From Escherichia coli (GTDB lineage Bacteria > Pseudomonadota > Gammaproteobacteria > Enterobacterales > Enterobacteriaceae), in assembly GCF_050320075.1 (NCBI RefSeq), contig NZ_CP190018.1: a DNA stretch of 64,000 nt. One strand, given 5' to 3'. The position numbers were made by a program, and so were the translations under genes. Shown here piece by piece: positions 49,299-61,094 of the stretch (position 1 is its first letter; each line of letters opens with the position of its first letter). A model generated the notes under the pieces. That model made no database searches, was not told the origin of the DNA, and was given only the letters and a program-made list of their open reading frames with translations.

Positions 49299-49328
49299 CG
49301 GCTTCTCAGGCGAGAAGCCGTTCTTATT
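49299..49328 (+). terminator. hairpin between ygcU and ygcS (weak terminator or attenuator)
   Basis: CGGCTTCTC-aggc-GAGAAGCCG followed by TTCTTATT. Confidence 0.45.
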
Positions 49329-49350
49329 ACCGGACAATGAAGGGATAAAG

Positions 49351-50688
49351 ATGAACACTTCACCGGTGCGAATGGATGATTTACCACTTAACCGTTTTCA
49401 CTGCCGCATTGCTGCGCTCACTTTCGGCGCACACCTGACCGACGGTTATGTCCTCGGCGTCATTGGTTACGCCATTATTCAGCTTACGCCCGCCATGCAA
49501 CTGACGCCGTTTATGGCGGGAATGATTGGCGGCTCAGCACTCCTTGGTTTGTTTCTTGGCAGCCTGGTTCTGGGCTGGATCTCCGACCATATTGGGCGAC
49601 AAAAAATCTTCACCTTCAGCTTTTTGCTGATTACGCTTGCTTCGTTTTTACAATTTTTTGCCACCACGCCAGAGCATCTTATTGGACTGCGCATTTTGAT
49701 TGGCATTGGTCTGGGAGGCGATTACTCAGTCGGTCACACCTTGCTGGCTGAATTTTCCCCGCGCCGCCACCGCGGTATTTTGCTGGGCGCGTTCAGCGTG
49801 GTGTGGACTGTAGGCTATGTGCTGGCAAGTATTGCCGGACATCACTTTATTAGCGAAAGCCCGGAGGCCTGGCGCTGGCTGCTGGCATCGGCAGCTCTGC
49901 CCGCATTGTTGATTACGTTATTACGCTGGGGAACGCCAGAATCGCCACGCTGGCTACTGCGCCAGGGGCGTTTTGCAGAAGCTCACGCTATCGTGCATCG
50001 CTATTTTGGTCCCCATGTTTTACTGGGCGATGAAGTGGCAACGGCGACCCATAAACACATCAAAACCTTGTTCTCTTCGCGCTACTGGCGGCGCACAGCG
50101 TTTAACAGCGTCTTCTTTGTCTGCCTCGTAATCCCATGGTTTGTGATTTATACCTGGCTGCCAACTATCGCCCAGACTATTGGTCTGGAAGATGCGTTGA
50201 CCGCTAGCCTGATGCTTAATGCGTTGTTAATTGTGGGTGCGCTGCTGGGATTAGTTCTGACGCACCTGCTGGCACATCGCAAATTTTTGCTGGGAAGTTT
50301 TTTGCTGCTGGCGGCAACGCTGGTAGTGATGGCTTGTTTGCCTTCCGGCAGTTCATTAACGCTGCTGCTTTTTGTTCTCTTCAGCACCACCATTTCGGCA
50401 GTCAGTAATCTGGTGGGCATTTTGCCTGCGGAAAGTTTTCCTACTGACATTCGCTCGCTGGGCGTCGGTTTTGCCACCGCCATGAGTCGGTTGGGCGCGG
50501 CGGTAAGTACTGGCCTGCTGCCGTGGGTGCTGGCGCAGTGGGGAATGCAAGTCACCTTATTGCTCCTGGCGGCAGTGTTGTTGGTTGGTTTTGTCGTGAC
50601 CTGGCTATGGGCACCAGAAACCAAAGCACTCCCGCTGGTGGCGGCGGGAAATGTTGGAGGTGCGAATGAACATTCTGTTAGCGTTTAA
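49351..50688 (+). CDS. ygcS: MFS sugar-porter-type transporter
   Basis: ORF 49279..50688; start placed at MNTSPVRMDDL giving 445 aa; 12-TM profile. Confidence 0.85.
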   Translation: MNTSPVRMDDLPLNRFHCRIAALTFGAHLTDGYVLGVIGYAIIQLTPAMQLTPFMAGMIGGSALLGLFLGSLVLGWISDHIGRQKIFTFSFLLITLASFLQFFATTPEHLIGLRILIGIGLGGDYSVGHTLLAEFSPRRHRGILLGAFSVVWTVGYVLASIAGHHFISESPEAWRWLLASAALPALLITLLRWGTPESPRWLLRQGRFAEAHAIVHRYFGPHVLLGDEVATATHKHIKTLFSSRYWRRTAFNSVFFVCLVIPWFVIYTWLPTIAQTIGLEDALTASLMLNALLIVGALLGLVLTHLLAHRKFLLGSFLLLAATLVVMACLPSGSSLTLLLFVLFSTTISAVSNLVGILPAESFPTDIRSLGVGFATAMSRLGAAVSTGLLPWVLAQWGMQVTLLLLAAVLLVGFVVTWLWAPETKALPLVAAGNVGGANEHSVSV

Positions 50689-51445
50689 AGCCGAACCGGA
50701 TGCCGGAATGCTGGCGGAAAAAGAGTGGCAGGCGGCGGCTCAGGGTAATAGCGGACCGGATGTTTCGCTTCTGCGAAGTTTGCTCGGTGCTGATGAACAG
50801 GCTGCCGCCGCGCTGCTGTTGGCGCAGAGAAAAAACGGTACGTCGATGTCTTTAACCGCGTTGAGCATGGGGGATGAACGGGCGTTGCACTGGCTGCGCT
50901 ATCTTATGGCTCTTGGGTTTGAGGAAGCTGTATTGCTGGAGACGGCGGCAGATCTGCGCTTTGCGCCGGAATTTGTCGCTCGCCATATTGCCGAATGGCA
51001 GTACCAGAATCCGCTGGAGCTGATAATTACTGGCTGCCAAAGCAGCGAAGGGCAGAATGGGCAAACGCCATTTTTGCTGGCGGAAATGCTGGGCTGGCCC
51101 TGCTTCACCCAGGTGGAGCGTTTTACTCTCGACGCGCCGTTTATCACCCTTGAACAGCGTACTGAAAACGGGCTGCGCTGTTGCCGGGTTCGCTTGCCTG
51201 CGGTGATTGCCGTGCGTCAGTGCGGTGAAGTGGCCTTGCCAGTACCGGGAATGCGTCAGCGAATGGCGGTGGGGAAAGCAGCAATTATCCGTAAAACTGT
51301 TGCTGCCGAATCGCCAGCGATGCAGTGTCTGCAACTGGCAAGAGCAGAGCAACAACGCGGAGCGACGCTGATTGATGGGCAAACGGTAGCAGAAAAAGCG
51401 CAAAAGCTATGGCAGGACTATTTACGCCAAAGGATGCAGCCATGA
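50666..51445 (+). CDS. ygcR: electron-transfer flavoprotein beta-subunit-like (FixA-like)
   Basis: ORF 50651..51445; start placed at MNILLAFK giving 259 aa; overlaps ygcS 3' end. Confidence 0.8.
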   Translation: MNILLAFKAEPDAGMLAEKEWQAAAQGNSGPDVSLLRSLLGADEQAAAALLLAQRKNGTSMSLTALSMGDERALHWLRYLMALGFEEAVLLETAADLRFAPEFVARHIAEWQYQNPLELIITGCQSSEGQNGQTPFLLAEMLGWPCFTQVERFTLDAPFITLEQRTENGLRCCRVRLPAVIAVRQCGEVALPVPGMRQRMAVGKAAIIRKTVAAESPAMQCLQLARAEQQRGATLIDGQTVAEKAQKLWQDYLRQRMQP

Positions 51446-52302
51446 ATATCGCAATTGTGACAATAAATCAGGAGAATGCCGCAACAGCGAGCTGGCAGGC
51501 GGCGCAGGATTTCAGCGGTTGTACCCTGGCGCACTGGAAGATTGAACCTCAGCCCGCTGTGGCGGAACAGGTGCTGGATGCGCTGGTGGAACAGTGGCAG
51601 CGAACGCCAGCGGACGTTGTTCTCTTTCCGCCGGGAACGTTTGGCGATGAACTGTCGACCCGGCTGGCCTGGCGTTTACATGGTGCAAGCATCTGCCAGG
51701 TGACTTCGTTAGATATTCCAACCGTAAGCGTGCGCAAATCCCACTGGGGAAATGCGCTAACGGCGACGCTGCAAACAGAAAAACGCCCGCTATGCCTTTC
51801 GCTGGCACGTCAGGCGGGAGCAGATAAAAACGCCACGTTGCCCTCTGGTATGCAGCAACTGAACATTGTCCCAGGTGCGCTTCCCGACTGGCTGGTTAGC
51901 ATAGAAAACCTGAAAAATGTTACCCGCGACCCATTAGCTGAGGCCAGACGGGTGCTGGTGGTGGGGCAGGGCGGAGAGGCAGATAACCAGGAAATCGCTA
52001 TGCTGGCAGAAAAGCTGGGAGCCGAAGTGGGCTACAGTCGGGCACGAGTGATGAACGGTGGCGTTGATGCCGAAAAAGTGATTGGTATTTCTGGACATCT
52101 GCTGGCACCTGAGGTGTGTATTGTTGTTGGCGCTTCCGGCGCAGCAGCGTTAATGGCGGGCGTACGCAATAGCAAGTTTGTGGTGGCGATTAATCATGAC
52201 GCCAGCGCAGCGGTATTTTCACAGGCAGATGTTGGCGTGGTTGATGACTGGAAAGTGGTGCTGGAGGCACTGGTGACAAACATTCACGCAGAATGCCAAT
52301 AA
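51442..52302 (+). CDS. ygcQ: electron-transfer flavoprotein alpha-subunit-like (FixB-like)
   Basis: ORF 51409..52302; start placed at MNIAIVTINQ giving 286 aa; ATGA overlap with ygcR. Confidence 0.8.
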   Translation: MNIAIVTINQENAATASWQAAQDFSGCTLAHWKIEPQPAVAEQVLDALVEQWQRTPADVVLFPPGTFGDELSTRLAWRLHGASICQVTSLDIPTVSVRKSHWGNALTATLQTEKRPLCLSLARQAGADKNATLPSGMQQLNIVPGALPDWLVSIENLKNVTRDPLAEARRVLVVGQGGEADNQEIAMLAEKLGAEVGYSRARVMNGGVDAEKVIGISGHLLAPEVCIVVGASGAAALMAGVRNSKFVVAINHDASAAVFSQADVGVVDDWKVVLEALVTNIHAECQ

Positions 52303-52350
52303 CGTGCAGCCGGATGATCCTGCCTACGGTTTCGGGCTGGGGACTTGTAA

Positions 52351-53124
<774 letters not shown>

Positions 53125-53228
53125 ATCAGCATACTTGTCCTTAGCCTTCTGCAGTGACAGCTGGTAGTACAGCGTGCTTCTGGCCAGCCCTGCAGCCTTT
53201 AACAGGTCAGACTGGCAGTGTCCGCACC

Positions 53229-53750
53229 TCAGGCTCCGGATGACTTTCGTTTTTTCTCCAGCTCCTGGCGCTTTTTTTCCAGGAGATGCTCCTGCATGGC
53301 TTTCAGATATGCATTTTCTGCGCGAAGATAACGTAGCTCATTCTTCATCTCTTCCGGCGTCATGTTTGCCTCGTTTTCATGGGTATCATCAGAACGGGTC
53401 ATGCTTTTCTCCTTCCTGCGCCTGATAAAGGCCTCATTACCAGATTTGCGGTAGCCTTTTATCCAGTTTTTAACCGTGTTGTGGCTGGGAATGTTAAACC
53501 GGGCAGCTACCCGGGGTAGAGACTCAGAATGCCCGAGAGCATAAAGAACCACGCAAAGTTTATCTTCAGGAGAATAGCTACGCTTGTGTCTGCAATCCAG
53601 TGCCCGAGGACCGTGAAGAAGAAAAAGATTAATCCAGTGTGAGAGGCTGGTGTGAGAAAGTTGAAAGAGTTTTGCCGTAGAAATGATGCCTGCATGACCA
53701 GCCAGGTAATGATTTACAGCGGCAAGTTTTACTTCAAATGAATGTTTCAT
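53229..53750 (-). CDS. IS3-family transposase OrfA (HTH DNA-binding, leucine-zipper region)
   Basis: ORF 53229..53759; likely ATG start at 53748-53750 (MKHSFEVKLAAVNHY) giving 173 aa. Confidence 0.85.
   Translation of the reverse strand: MKHSFEVKLAAVNHYLAGHAGIISTAKLFQLSHTSLSHWINLFLLHGPRALDCRHKRSYSPEDKLCVVLYALGHSESLPRVAARFNIPSHNTVKNWIKGYRKSGNEAFIRRRKEKSMTRSDDTHENEANMTPEEMKNELRYLRAENAYLKAMQEHLLEKKRQELEKKRKSSGA
53271..53278 (-). other. candidate -1 programmed ribosomal frameshift site (A AAA AAG)
   Basis: Minus-strand A7G run about 45 nt upstream of the orfA stop, at the orfA/orfB overlap. Confidence 0.6.
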
Positions 53751-53801
53751 AAACTGCACCTTCAGATGTCAGATTATGTCCAACATTTGGGGTGCAGTTC
53801 A

Positions 53802-53819
53802 TCAAGCGTCGCATCAGGC
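53802..53819. repeat. right half of the REP split by the IS insertion (TCAA plus arm)
   Basis: TCAA + GCGTCGCATCAGGC, complementary to the left half at 52351-52365. Confidence 0.7.
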
Positions 53820-53884
53820 GCTGAATGTCGGATGTGGCGTGCAGCCTACAAATCACACAAATTCAACTCGTTACGAGTATCCCG

Positions 53885-54460
53885 TCAAAGCAATTTTTTC
53901 GCTAACGTCCAGACCCCGGTATTCGTGGTGGAAAGCGCCACAACACCCGCGTTAATCGCATTACGCGCATCTTCTTCATCGCACACCAGCCCGCCGGCAA
54001 TCAGCGGTTGGCGGATTTTCTCCGTCACCCAGCCCAGCACTTTAGGCATACAGCCTGGCAGGATCTCAATACAATCCGGATTCGATTGCGCAACTTGCTT
54101 ATCAATGTTGTGAAACGAAATCGAATCAACAATAAACAGGCGATGAATACAGAAAAAACCTTCCGCTCTTGCCGCTTTCAGCATCGATGCTTTCGTGCTG
54201 ATAATGCCGTCCGCCTCGGTCACCAGTTTCAGAAACTGAATCACCACTTCTTTGTTCGATGCGCCTTCCAGCAAATCAACATGAATAAAGGCATATTTTC
54301 CGGCGTTTTTAATCTTTTTAACGATATTACTGATGGTGCAGATATTGCCGTACAACACTGAAATAAACTGGCATTCAGAATCGATTGCCAGTTGCAGGCT
54401 GGCATTATCTTTAACGGCAGCAATCACCGGATTCTGGCGGAGCAGGTGTAAGAGGGGCAT
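53885..54460 (-). CDS. ygcP: GlpP-like glycerol-3-phosphate-responsive antiterminator family protein
   Basis: 191-aa ORF recognised as YgcP (G3P-antiterminator family). Confidence 0.8.
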   Translation of the reverse strand: MPLLHLLRQNPVIAAVKDNASLQLAIDSECQFISVLYGNICTISNIVKKIKNAGKYAFIHVDLLEGASNKEVVIQFLKLVTEADGIISTKASMLKAARAEGFFCIHRLFIVDSISFHNIDKQVAQSNPDCIEILPGCMPKVLGWVTEKIRQPLIAGGLVCDEEDARNAINAGVVALSTTNTGVWTLAKKLL

Positions 54461-54476
54461 AAATTATCCTTATTAT

Positions 54477-54737
54477 TTATCCAAAGCGGTAGGTGATGCC
54501 GAATCCGGAAGGCGGATAGCGCCACTGTTGTAGTGTTGATTCGTCGCACAGCAAACGGCAGGTGCCACACTCCAGGCAGCCGCGATAATCAACGCGTAAG
54601 TCACCTTCCGGTGTGAGCGAAAAAAGACCAGCCGGACAAGCGTTAATCAACCGTTGTACCGTCTGGCGCTCAACGGAGTCAGCCGGAACAATGTGCGGCG
54701 CATCGGCAACGCGCCAGAGATTACGGGCTACAGACAT
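54477..54737 (-). CDS. ygcO: FixX-like ferredoxin
   Basis: ORF 54477..54773; start placed at MSVARNLW giving 86 aa; Cys cluster CLECGTCRLLC. Confidence 0.8.
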   Translation of the reverse strand: MSVARNLWRVADAPHIVPADSVERQTVQRLINACPAGLFSLTPEGDLRVDYRGCLECGTCRLLCDESTLQQWRYPPSGFGITYRFG

Positions 54738-55999
54738 CGCAGACTCCTGATAACATCGCCCGCCAGATGCCACAGGCCGTGACGACGTAAATGACGCCAG
54801 AATAACTGGCGCAGCGGTGGAACAGGTTTATCACCCTGATCCCATAAATCGCGGGAAATATCCTGCATTAACGCAGGCCACGCACGGTACCAGCCAGGGC
54901 GTTGCAAAAGCGCCGGAACATGCTGATAACGTTGTAGAACATCCCATAGCAGGCTGCGCTCGACGTTGTGATGATAAAGCGGAAACAGATTTTGCGGCTC
55001 GCGGTGCTGGCAGGCGCTTATCAGCGTTTGTGCCGCCGCCTGCGCGCCAGTTAGCGCCATATCCATGCCGCGCACGGAAATTCCGGTATTGACGCAACTG
55101 CGCAACGCATCGCCCAGCAGCAGCCAGCCGTTACCGGCGTATTGCACCGGCATACTGTGCAAGCCACCTTCTGGCACCAGATGCGCACCATACTCCAGTG
55201 ATTCCGTGTTTTTGATAAGCGGGCGCACTGCCGGATGCGTTTTAAAGCGAGCCAGCAGCTCGCTTGCCGGAACACGACTTTGCGTAAGGGAAGAGAGCGG
55301 GCAAACAATCCCTAACGAGAGCGTTTGTTGATTAGTATAAAGAAATGCGCCGCCGGGTAAGTCATCACAGATCCCGCCGCTGAACAGCAACGCTGCGTCT
55401 TCGTTATTCTCCAGATGAAAACGTTCTTCAATAGCGGATGTTTCCAGCGACAGCACTTCTTTGATCCCCAACGCCATCGCTTCGCCAGCAGGACGAGTCA
55501 CTAACCCGTGACGTTCAGCCAGGACGCTGTTGGCACCTTCTGCCAGCACCACATAACGGGCGCGGAGAATATCGTCACCACAAATGACACCACACACCCT
55601 GCCGTTTTCTTCATACAGCGCATCCACCGTCGCACCGGGGATGCATTCGACACCTTCTTTTTCGGCTTCGGCAACCAGCCACGGATCGAACCGTGCACGT
55701 AATACACTCCAGGATTCACCGCCGGGCTGTAAGCTGGAAAACGTCGTTGCGCCATCCGGCGTTAGCAGAGAAAGGCTTTCGTGAGTGATGCGTCGTTCAA
55801 GAGGCGCGGTCAGATGAAATTGCGGGAGGAGTTCCGCGAGCGCATGGGTGTATAAACGCCCGCCGGAAAGATTTTTGCTGCCGGGGATTTCAGCGCGTTC
55901 CAGTAACAGAACGGACAAACCTGCCCGCGCGCAGCGTAAAGCACAAGCGGTACCTGCTATACCGGCACCAATAATAATAATGTCGCAGTTGTCTTCCAT
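54728..55999 (-). CDS. ygcN: FixC-like FAD-dependent oxidoreductase (ETF-quinone oxidoreductase family)
   Basis: ORF 54728..56029; start placed at MEDNCDIIIIGAGIAG giving 423 aa; FAD-binding GxGxxG. Confidence 0.82.
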   Translation of the reverse strand: MEDNCDIIIIGAGIAGTACALRCARAGLSVLLLERAEIPGSKNLSGGRLYTHALAELLPQFHLTAPLERRITHESLSLLTPDGATTFSSLQPGGESWSVLRARFDPWLVAEAEKEGVECIPGATVDALYEENGRVCGVICGDDILRARYVVLAEGANSVLAERHGLVTRPAGEAMALGIKEVLSLETSAIEERFHLENNEDAALLFSGGICDDLPGGAFLYTNQQTLSLGIVCPLSSLTQSRVPASELLARFKTHPAVRPLIKNTESLEYGAHLVPEGGLHSMPVQYAGNGWLLLGDALRSCVNTGISVRGMDMALTGAQAAAQTLISACQHREPQNLFPLYHHNVERSLLWDVLQRYQHVPALLQRPGWYRAWPALMQDISRDLWDQGDKPVPPLRQLFWRHLRRHGLWHLAGDVIRSLRCL

Positions 56000-56076
56000 G
56001 TCATGCCCCAGATATCCAGAACACAACACCCTAACATGGCGTTACTTAAGGGAAATTGACCGCCGACACACTCTTA

Positions 56077-56442
56077 TCATTCGCCGCGATAGATACAGCC
56101 TGCAGTACAGGTTTCTTTTACCATCACCGCACTTAACAGCGGCACAACGGGTTTAACCTGATCCCAAATCCATTTTGCTAAAACTTCGCTGGTTGGGTTT
56201 TCCAGACCTGGAATATCATTGAGATAATGGTGATCGAGGCGCTCGTAGGTTGGCTTAAACGCCGCTTTCAGTTCAGCGAAATCGATAATCCAGCCCGTAT
56301 GCGGATCGACTTCCCCGGTAATTTCCAGTCGCACCATAAAGGAATGCCCGTGCAGGCGACCACATTTATGCCCTTCCGGGACGTGTGGTAAGCGGTGAGC
56401 GGCTTCGAAGGTGAAATCTTTAAATAACGTGGTGGACATCAT
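56077..56442 (-). CDS. queD: 6-carboxy-5,6,7,8-tetrahydropterin synthase (queuosine biosynthesis)
   Basis: ORF 56077..56526; start placed at [10 protein letters not shown] giving 121 aa; PTPS His motifs (CGRLHGHSF). Confidence 0.88.
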   Translation of the reverse strand: MMSTTLFKDFTFEAAHRLPHVPEGHKCGRLHGHSFMVRLEITGEVDPHTGWIIDFAELKAAFKPTYERLDHHYLNDIPGLENPTSEVLAKWIWDQVKPVVPLLSAVMVKETCTAGCIYRGE

Positions 56443-56757
56443 AATTTCTCTACAGGACGATAAAACCGCCGTAGAGTACCGGAAAGGCTGTTTTTTCGCA
56501 TTATCTAAAACGACTTTGTTGCGCAAAATCGCTGATTTATCTTATTGATGGGCAATATTCATTTGTTTTTCATTGGGTTGGTTAATCTATTTTGTTGTTA
56601 AAGACTATTGCTAAAACAGGTTAGTCGATTTGGTTATTAGTTATCGCTATCCCGTCTTTAATCCACACCGTTCACCCCGTTAACCTTATCTTCTCTTCTG
56701 TTTTATGGGCGCTGACAGGGCGCAGAAACAGCTTTGCTTACTGGAACATAACGACGC
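56443..56757. promoter_or_regulatory. cysJIH promoter region (divergent from queD)
   Basis: 315-bp AT-rich interval upstream of cysJ; CysB sites expected from established knowledge but not mapped here. Confidence 0.5.
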
Positions 56758-58557
56758 ATGACGACACAGGTCCCACCTTCCGCGTTGCTTCCGTTGAACC
56801 CGGAGCAACTGGCACGCCTTCAGGCGGCCACGACCGATTTAACTCCCACCCAGCTTGCCTGGGTTTCTGGCTATTTCTGGGGCGTGCTCAACCAGCAGCC
56901 AGCTGCGCTTGCAGCGACGCCAGCGCCCGCCGCAGAAATGCCGGGTATAACTATTATCTCCGCTTCGCAAACCGGCAATGCGCGCCGGGTTGCTGAAGCA
57001 TTACGCGATGATTTATTGGCGGCAAAACTGAACGTTAAGCTGGTGAACGCGGGCGACTATAAATTCAAACAAATCGCCAGCGAAAAACTGCTTATCGTGG
57101 TGACGTCAACGCAAGGAGAAGGGGAACCGCCGGAAGAAGCCGTCGCGCTGCATAAGTTCCTGTTCTCCAAAAAAGCGCCGAAGCTGGAAAACACCGCATT
57201 TGCCGTGTTTAGCCTCGGCGATAGCTCTTATGAATTTTTCTGCCAGTCCGGGAAAGATTTTGACAGCAAGCTGGCGGAACTGGGCGGTGAACGCCTGCTC
57301 GACCGTGTCGATGCCGACGTTGAATACCAGGCTGCTGCCATCGAGTGGCGCGCCCGCGTGGTTGATGCGCTTAAATCGCGTGCGCCTGTCGCGGCACCTT
57401 CGCAATCCGTCGCTACTGGCGCGGTAAATGAAATCCACACCAGCCCGTACAGCAAAGACGCGCCGCTGGTGGCGAGCCTCTCTGTTAACCAGAAAATTAC
57501 CGGGCGTAACTCTGAAAAAGACGTTCGCCATATCGAAATTGACTTAGGTGACTCGGGCCTGCGTTACCAGCCGGGTGACGCGCTGGGCGTCTGGTATCAG
57601 AACGATCCGGCACTGGTGAAAGAACTTGTCGAACTGCTGTGGCTGAAAGGTGATGAACCTGTCAACGTTGAGGGCAAAACCCTGCCGCTGAACGAAGCGC
57701 TACAGTGGCACTTCGAACTGACCGTCAACACCGCCAACATTGTTGAGAACTATGCCACGCTTACCCGCAGCGAAACGCTGCTGCCGCTGGTGGGCGATAA
57801 AGCGAAGTTACAGCATTACGCCGCGACGACGCCGATTGTCGACATGGTGCGTTTCTCTCCGGCGCAACTGGATGCCGAAGCGCTGATTAACCTGCTGCGC
57901 CCGCTGACCCCGCGCCTGTATTCCATCGCCTCCTCGCAGGCGGAAGTCGAGAACGAAGTACACGTCACCGTTGGCGTGGTGCGTTACGACGTGGAAGGCC
58001 GCGCCCGTGCCGGTGGTGCCTCCAGCTTCCTCGCGGATCGCGTGGAAGAAGAGGGTGAAGTCCGCGTCTTTATCGAACATAACGATAACTTCCGCCTGCC
58101 CGCTAACCCGCAAACGCCGGTGATTATGATTGGCCCAGGCACCGGCATCGCGCCGTTCCGCGCCTTTATGCAGCAACGCGCCGCCGACGAAGCGCCGGGG
58201 AAAAACTGGCTGTTCTTTGGCAACCCGCACTTTACGGAAGATTTCCTCTACCAGGTGGAATGGCAGCGCTACGTCAAAGAGGGCGTGCTGACGCGTATCG
58301 ATCTTGCCTGGTCGCGCGATCAAAAAGAAAAAATTTACGTACAAGACAAACTGCGCGAACAGGGCGCAGAGCTGTGGCGCTGGATCAATGACGGTGCCCA
58401 CATTTATGTCTGCGGCGACGCTAATCGCATGGCGAAAGACGTTGAGCAGGCACTTCTGGAAGTGATTGCCGAATTTGGTGGCATGGACACCGAAGCGGCG
58501 GATGAATTTTTAAGTGAGCTGCGCGTAGAGCGCCGTTATCAGCGAGATGTCTACTAA
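56758..58557 (+). CDS. cysJ: sulfite reductase [NADPH] flavoprotein alpha component
   Basis: 599-aa ORF recognised as CysJ (flavodoxin and FNR-like domains). Confidence 0.95.
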   Translation: MTTQVPPSALLPLNPEQLARLQAATTDLTPTQLAWVSGYFWGVLNQQPAALAATPAPAAEMPGITIISASQTGNARRVAEALRDDLLAAKLNVKLVNAGDYKFKQIASEKLLIVVTSTQGEGEPPEEAVALHKFLFSKKAPKLENTAFAVFSLGDSSYEFFCQSGKDFDSKLAELGGERLLDRVDADVEYQAAAIEWRARVVDALKSRAPVAAPSQSVATGAVNEIHTSPYSKDAPLVASLSVNQKITGRNSEKDVRHIEIDLGDSGLRYQPGDALGVWYQNDPALVKELVELLWLKGDEPVNVEGKTLPLNEALQWHFELTVNTANIVENYATLTRSETLLPLVGDKAKLQHYAATTPIVDMVRFSPAQLDAEALINLLRPLTPRLYSIASSQAEVENEVHVTVGVVRYDVEGRARAGGASSFLADRVEEEGEVRVFIEHNDNFRLPANPQTPVIMIGPGTGIAPFRAFMQQRAADEAPGKNWLFFGNPHFTEDFLYQVEWQRYVKEGVLTRIDLAWSRDQKEKIYVQDKLREQGAELWRWINDGAHIYVCGDANRMAKDVEQALLEVIAEFGGMDTEAADEFLSELRVERRYQRDVY

Positions 58558-60269
58558 TGAGCGAAAAACATCCAGGGCCTTTAGTGGTCGAAGGAAAACT
58601 GACAGACGCCGAGCGCATGAAGCTTGAAAGCAACTACCTGCGCGGCACCATTGCGGAAGATTTAAACGACGGTCTGACCGGCGGCTTTAAGGGCGATAAC
58701 TTCCTGCTGATCCGCTTCCACGGCATGTATCAGCAGGATGACCGCGACATCCGCGCCGAACGTGCTGAACAGAAGCTGGAGCCACGTCATGCAATGCTGT
58801 TGCGCTGCCGTCTGCCGGGTGGCGTGATTACCACCAAACAGTGGCAGGCGATCGATAAATTTGCCGGTGAAAACACCATCTATGGCAGCATTCGCCTGAC
58901 CAACCGCCAGACGTTTCAGTTCCACGGCATTCTGAAAAAGAACGTCAAACCGGTGCACCAGATGCTGCACTCGGTCGGTCTTGATGCGCTGGCGACTGCT
59001 AACGACATGAACCGTAACGTACTCTGCACCTCGAACCCTTACGAGTCGCAGCTACACGCGGAAGCGTATGAATGGGCGAAGAAAATCTCTGAACATCTGC
59101 TGCCGCGTACCCGCGCGTATGCGGAGATCTGGCTCGATCAGGAAAAAGTCGCCACCACCGATGAAGAACCGATCCTCGGTCAGACTTATTTGCCGCGTAA
59201 ATTCAAAACTACGGTAGTGATCCCGCCGCAGAACGATATCGATCTGCATGCCAACGACATGAACTTCGTGGCAATCGCCGAAAACGGCAAGCTGGTGGGC
59301 TTTAACCTGTTGGTGGGCGGTGGGCTTTCTATCGAACACGGCAACAAGAAAACCTACGCCCGCACGGCGAGTGAGTTTGGCTATCTGCCGCTGGAGCATA
59401 CGCTGGCGGTGGCAGAAGCCGTCGTGACGACTCAGCGCGACTGGGGTAACCGTACCGATCGTAAAAATGCCAAAACCAAATACACGCTGGAGCGCGTGGG
59501 GGTTGAGACGTTTAAAGCGGAAGTGGAGCGTCGCGCGGGGATCAAATTTGAACCGATCCGTCCATATGAGTTCACCGGACGCGGCGATCGTATTGGCTGG
59601 GTTAAAGGCATTGATGATAACTGGCACCTGACGCTGTTTATCGAAAATGGTCGCATCCTTGATTATCCTGGGCGTCCGCTGAAAACCGGCCTGCTGGAGA
59701 TCGCGAAGATCCACAAAGGCGATTTCCGCATTACGGCGAACCAGAATCTGATCATCGCCGGTGTGCCGGAAAGCGAGAAAGCGAAGATCGAGAAGATTGC
59801 CAAAGAGAGCGGGTTAATGAATGCCGTCACGCCGCAGCGTGAAAACTCAATGGCCTGCGTGTCATTCCCGACTTGCCCGCTGGCGATGGCCGAAGCCGAG
59901 CGTTTCCTGCCGTCTTTTATCGACAACATCGATAATTTAATGGCGAAACATGGTGTCAGCGATGAGCATATCGTGATGCGTGTAACAGGCTGCCCGAACG
60001 GTTGTGGTCGCGCGATGCTGGCGGAAGTGGGCCTGGTGGGTAAAGCGCCGGGTCGCTACAACCTGCATCTTGGCGGCAACCGCATTGGGACACGTATCCC
60101 ACGGATGTATAAAGAAAACATCACCGAACCGGAAATCCTGGCGTCGCTTGATGAACTGATAGGGCGCTGGGCGAAAGAGCGCGAAGCGGGTGAAGGCTTC
60201 GGCGACTTTACGGTGCGTGCGGGCATCATTCGCCCGGTGCTCGATCCGGCGCGCGATTTGTGGGATTAA
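58557..60269 (+). CDS. cysI: sulfite reductase [NADPH] hemoprotein beta component
   Basis: 570-aa ORF recognised as CysI; TAATG overlap with cysJ. Confidence 0.95.
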   Translation: MSEKHPGPLVVEGKLTDAERMKLESNYLRGTIAEDLNDGLTGGFKGDNFLLIRFHGMYQQDDRDIRAERAEQKLEPRHAMLLRCRLPGGVITTKQWQAIDKFAGENTIYGSIRLTNRQTFQFHGILKKNVKPVHQMLHSVGLDALATANDMNRNVLCTSNPYESQLHAEAYEWAKKISEHLLPRTRAYAEIWLDQEKVATTDEEPILGQTYLPRKFKTTVVIPPQNDIDLHANDMNFVAIAENGKLVGFNLLVGGGLSIEHGNKKTYARTASEFGYLPLEHTLAVAEAVVTTQRDWGNRTDRKNAKTKYTLERVGVETFKAEVERRAGIKFEPIRPYEFTGRGDRIGWVKGIDDNWHLTLFIENGRILDYPGRPLKTGLLEIAKIHKGDFRITANQNLIIAGVPESEKAKIEKIAKESGLMNAVTPQRENSMACVSFPTCPLAMAEAERFLPSFIDNIDNLMAKHGVSDEHIVMRVTGCPNGCGRAMLAEVGLVGKAPGRYNLHLGGNRIGTRIPRMYKENITEPEILASLDELIGRWAKEREAGEGFGDFTVRAGIIRPVLDPARDLWD

Positions 60270-60288
60270 CCATCAGCCCGGTCTTGTA

Positions 60289-60321
60289 GGCCTGATAAGA
60301 CGCGTGAGCGTCGCATCAGGC
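60289..60321. repeat. REP / palindromic unit between cysI and cysH
   Basis: GGCCTGATAAGACGCGTGAGCGTCGCATCAGGC, same arms as the REP split by the IS. Confidence 0.7.
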
Positions 60322-60342
60322 AAGGCAAACAGTGAGGAATCT

Positions 60343-61077
60343 ATGTCCAAACTCGATCTAAACGCCCTGAACGAACTGCCGAAGGTAGATCGCATTCTGG
60401 CGCTGGCAGAAACTAACGCCGAACTGGAAAAACTGGACGCTGAAGGCCGCGTTGCCTGGGCGCTGGATAATCTGCCCGGTGAATATGTACTTTCTTCCAG
60501 TTTCGGCATTCAGGCGGCGGTGAGCCTGCATCTGGTGAATCAGATTCGCCCGGATATTCCAGTGATCCTCACCGATACGGGTTACTTGTTCCCGGAAACC
60601 TACCGCTTTATTGACGAGTTAACGGACAAACTCAAGCTCAACCTGAAAGTGTACCGCGCTACCGAAAGCGCCGCCTGGCAGGAAGCACGTTACGGAAAAC
60701 TGTGGGAGCAGGGTGTTGAAGGCATTGAAAAGTACAATGACATCAACAAAGTCGAACCGATGAACCGGGCGCTGAAAGAACTGAATGCGCAAACCTGGTT
60801 TGCTGGCCTGCGCCGTGAACAATCCGGCAGCCGCACCAATTTACCGGTGCTGGCAATTCAGCGTGGCGTATTTAAAGTGCTGCCGATTATCGACTGGGAT
60901 AACCGAACTATTTATCAGTACCTGCAAAAACATGGCCTGAAATATCACCCATTATGGGATGAAGGATATTTATCGGTCGGTGATACCCATACAACCCGTA
61001 AATGGGAACCCGGCATGGCGGAAGAAGAAACGCGTTTCTTTGGCTTAAAAAGAGAATGTGGGTTACACGAAGGGTAA
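60343..61077 (+). CDS. cysH: phosphoadenosine phosphosulfate (PAPS) reductase
   Basis: ORF 60190..61077; start placed at [12 protein letters not shown] giving 244 aa; upstream extension overlaps the REP and is rejected. Confidence 0.93.
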   Translation: MSKLDLNALNELPKVDRILALAETNAELEKLDAEGRVAWALDNLPGEYVLSSSFGIQAAVSLHLVNQIRPDIPVILTDTGYLFPETYRFIDELTDKLKLNLKVYRATESAAWQEARYGKLWEQGVEGIEKYNDINKVEPMNRALKELNAQTWFAGLRREQSGSRTNLPVLAIQRGVFKVLPIIDWDNRTIYQYLQKHGLKYHPLWDEGYLSVGDTHTTRKWEPGMAEEETRFFGLKRECGLHEG

Positions 61078-61094
61078 ATATTGCCGGATAAATT

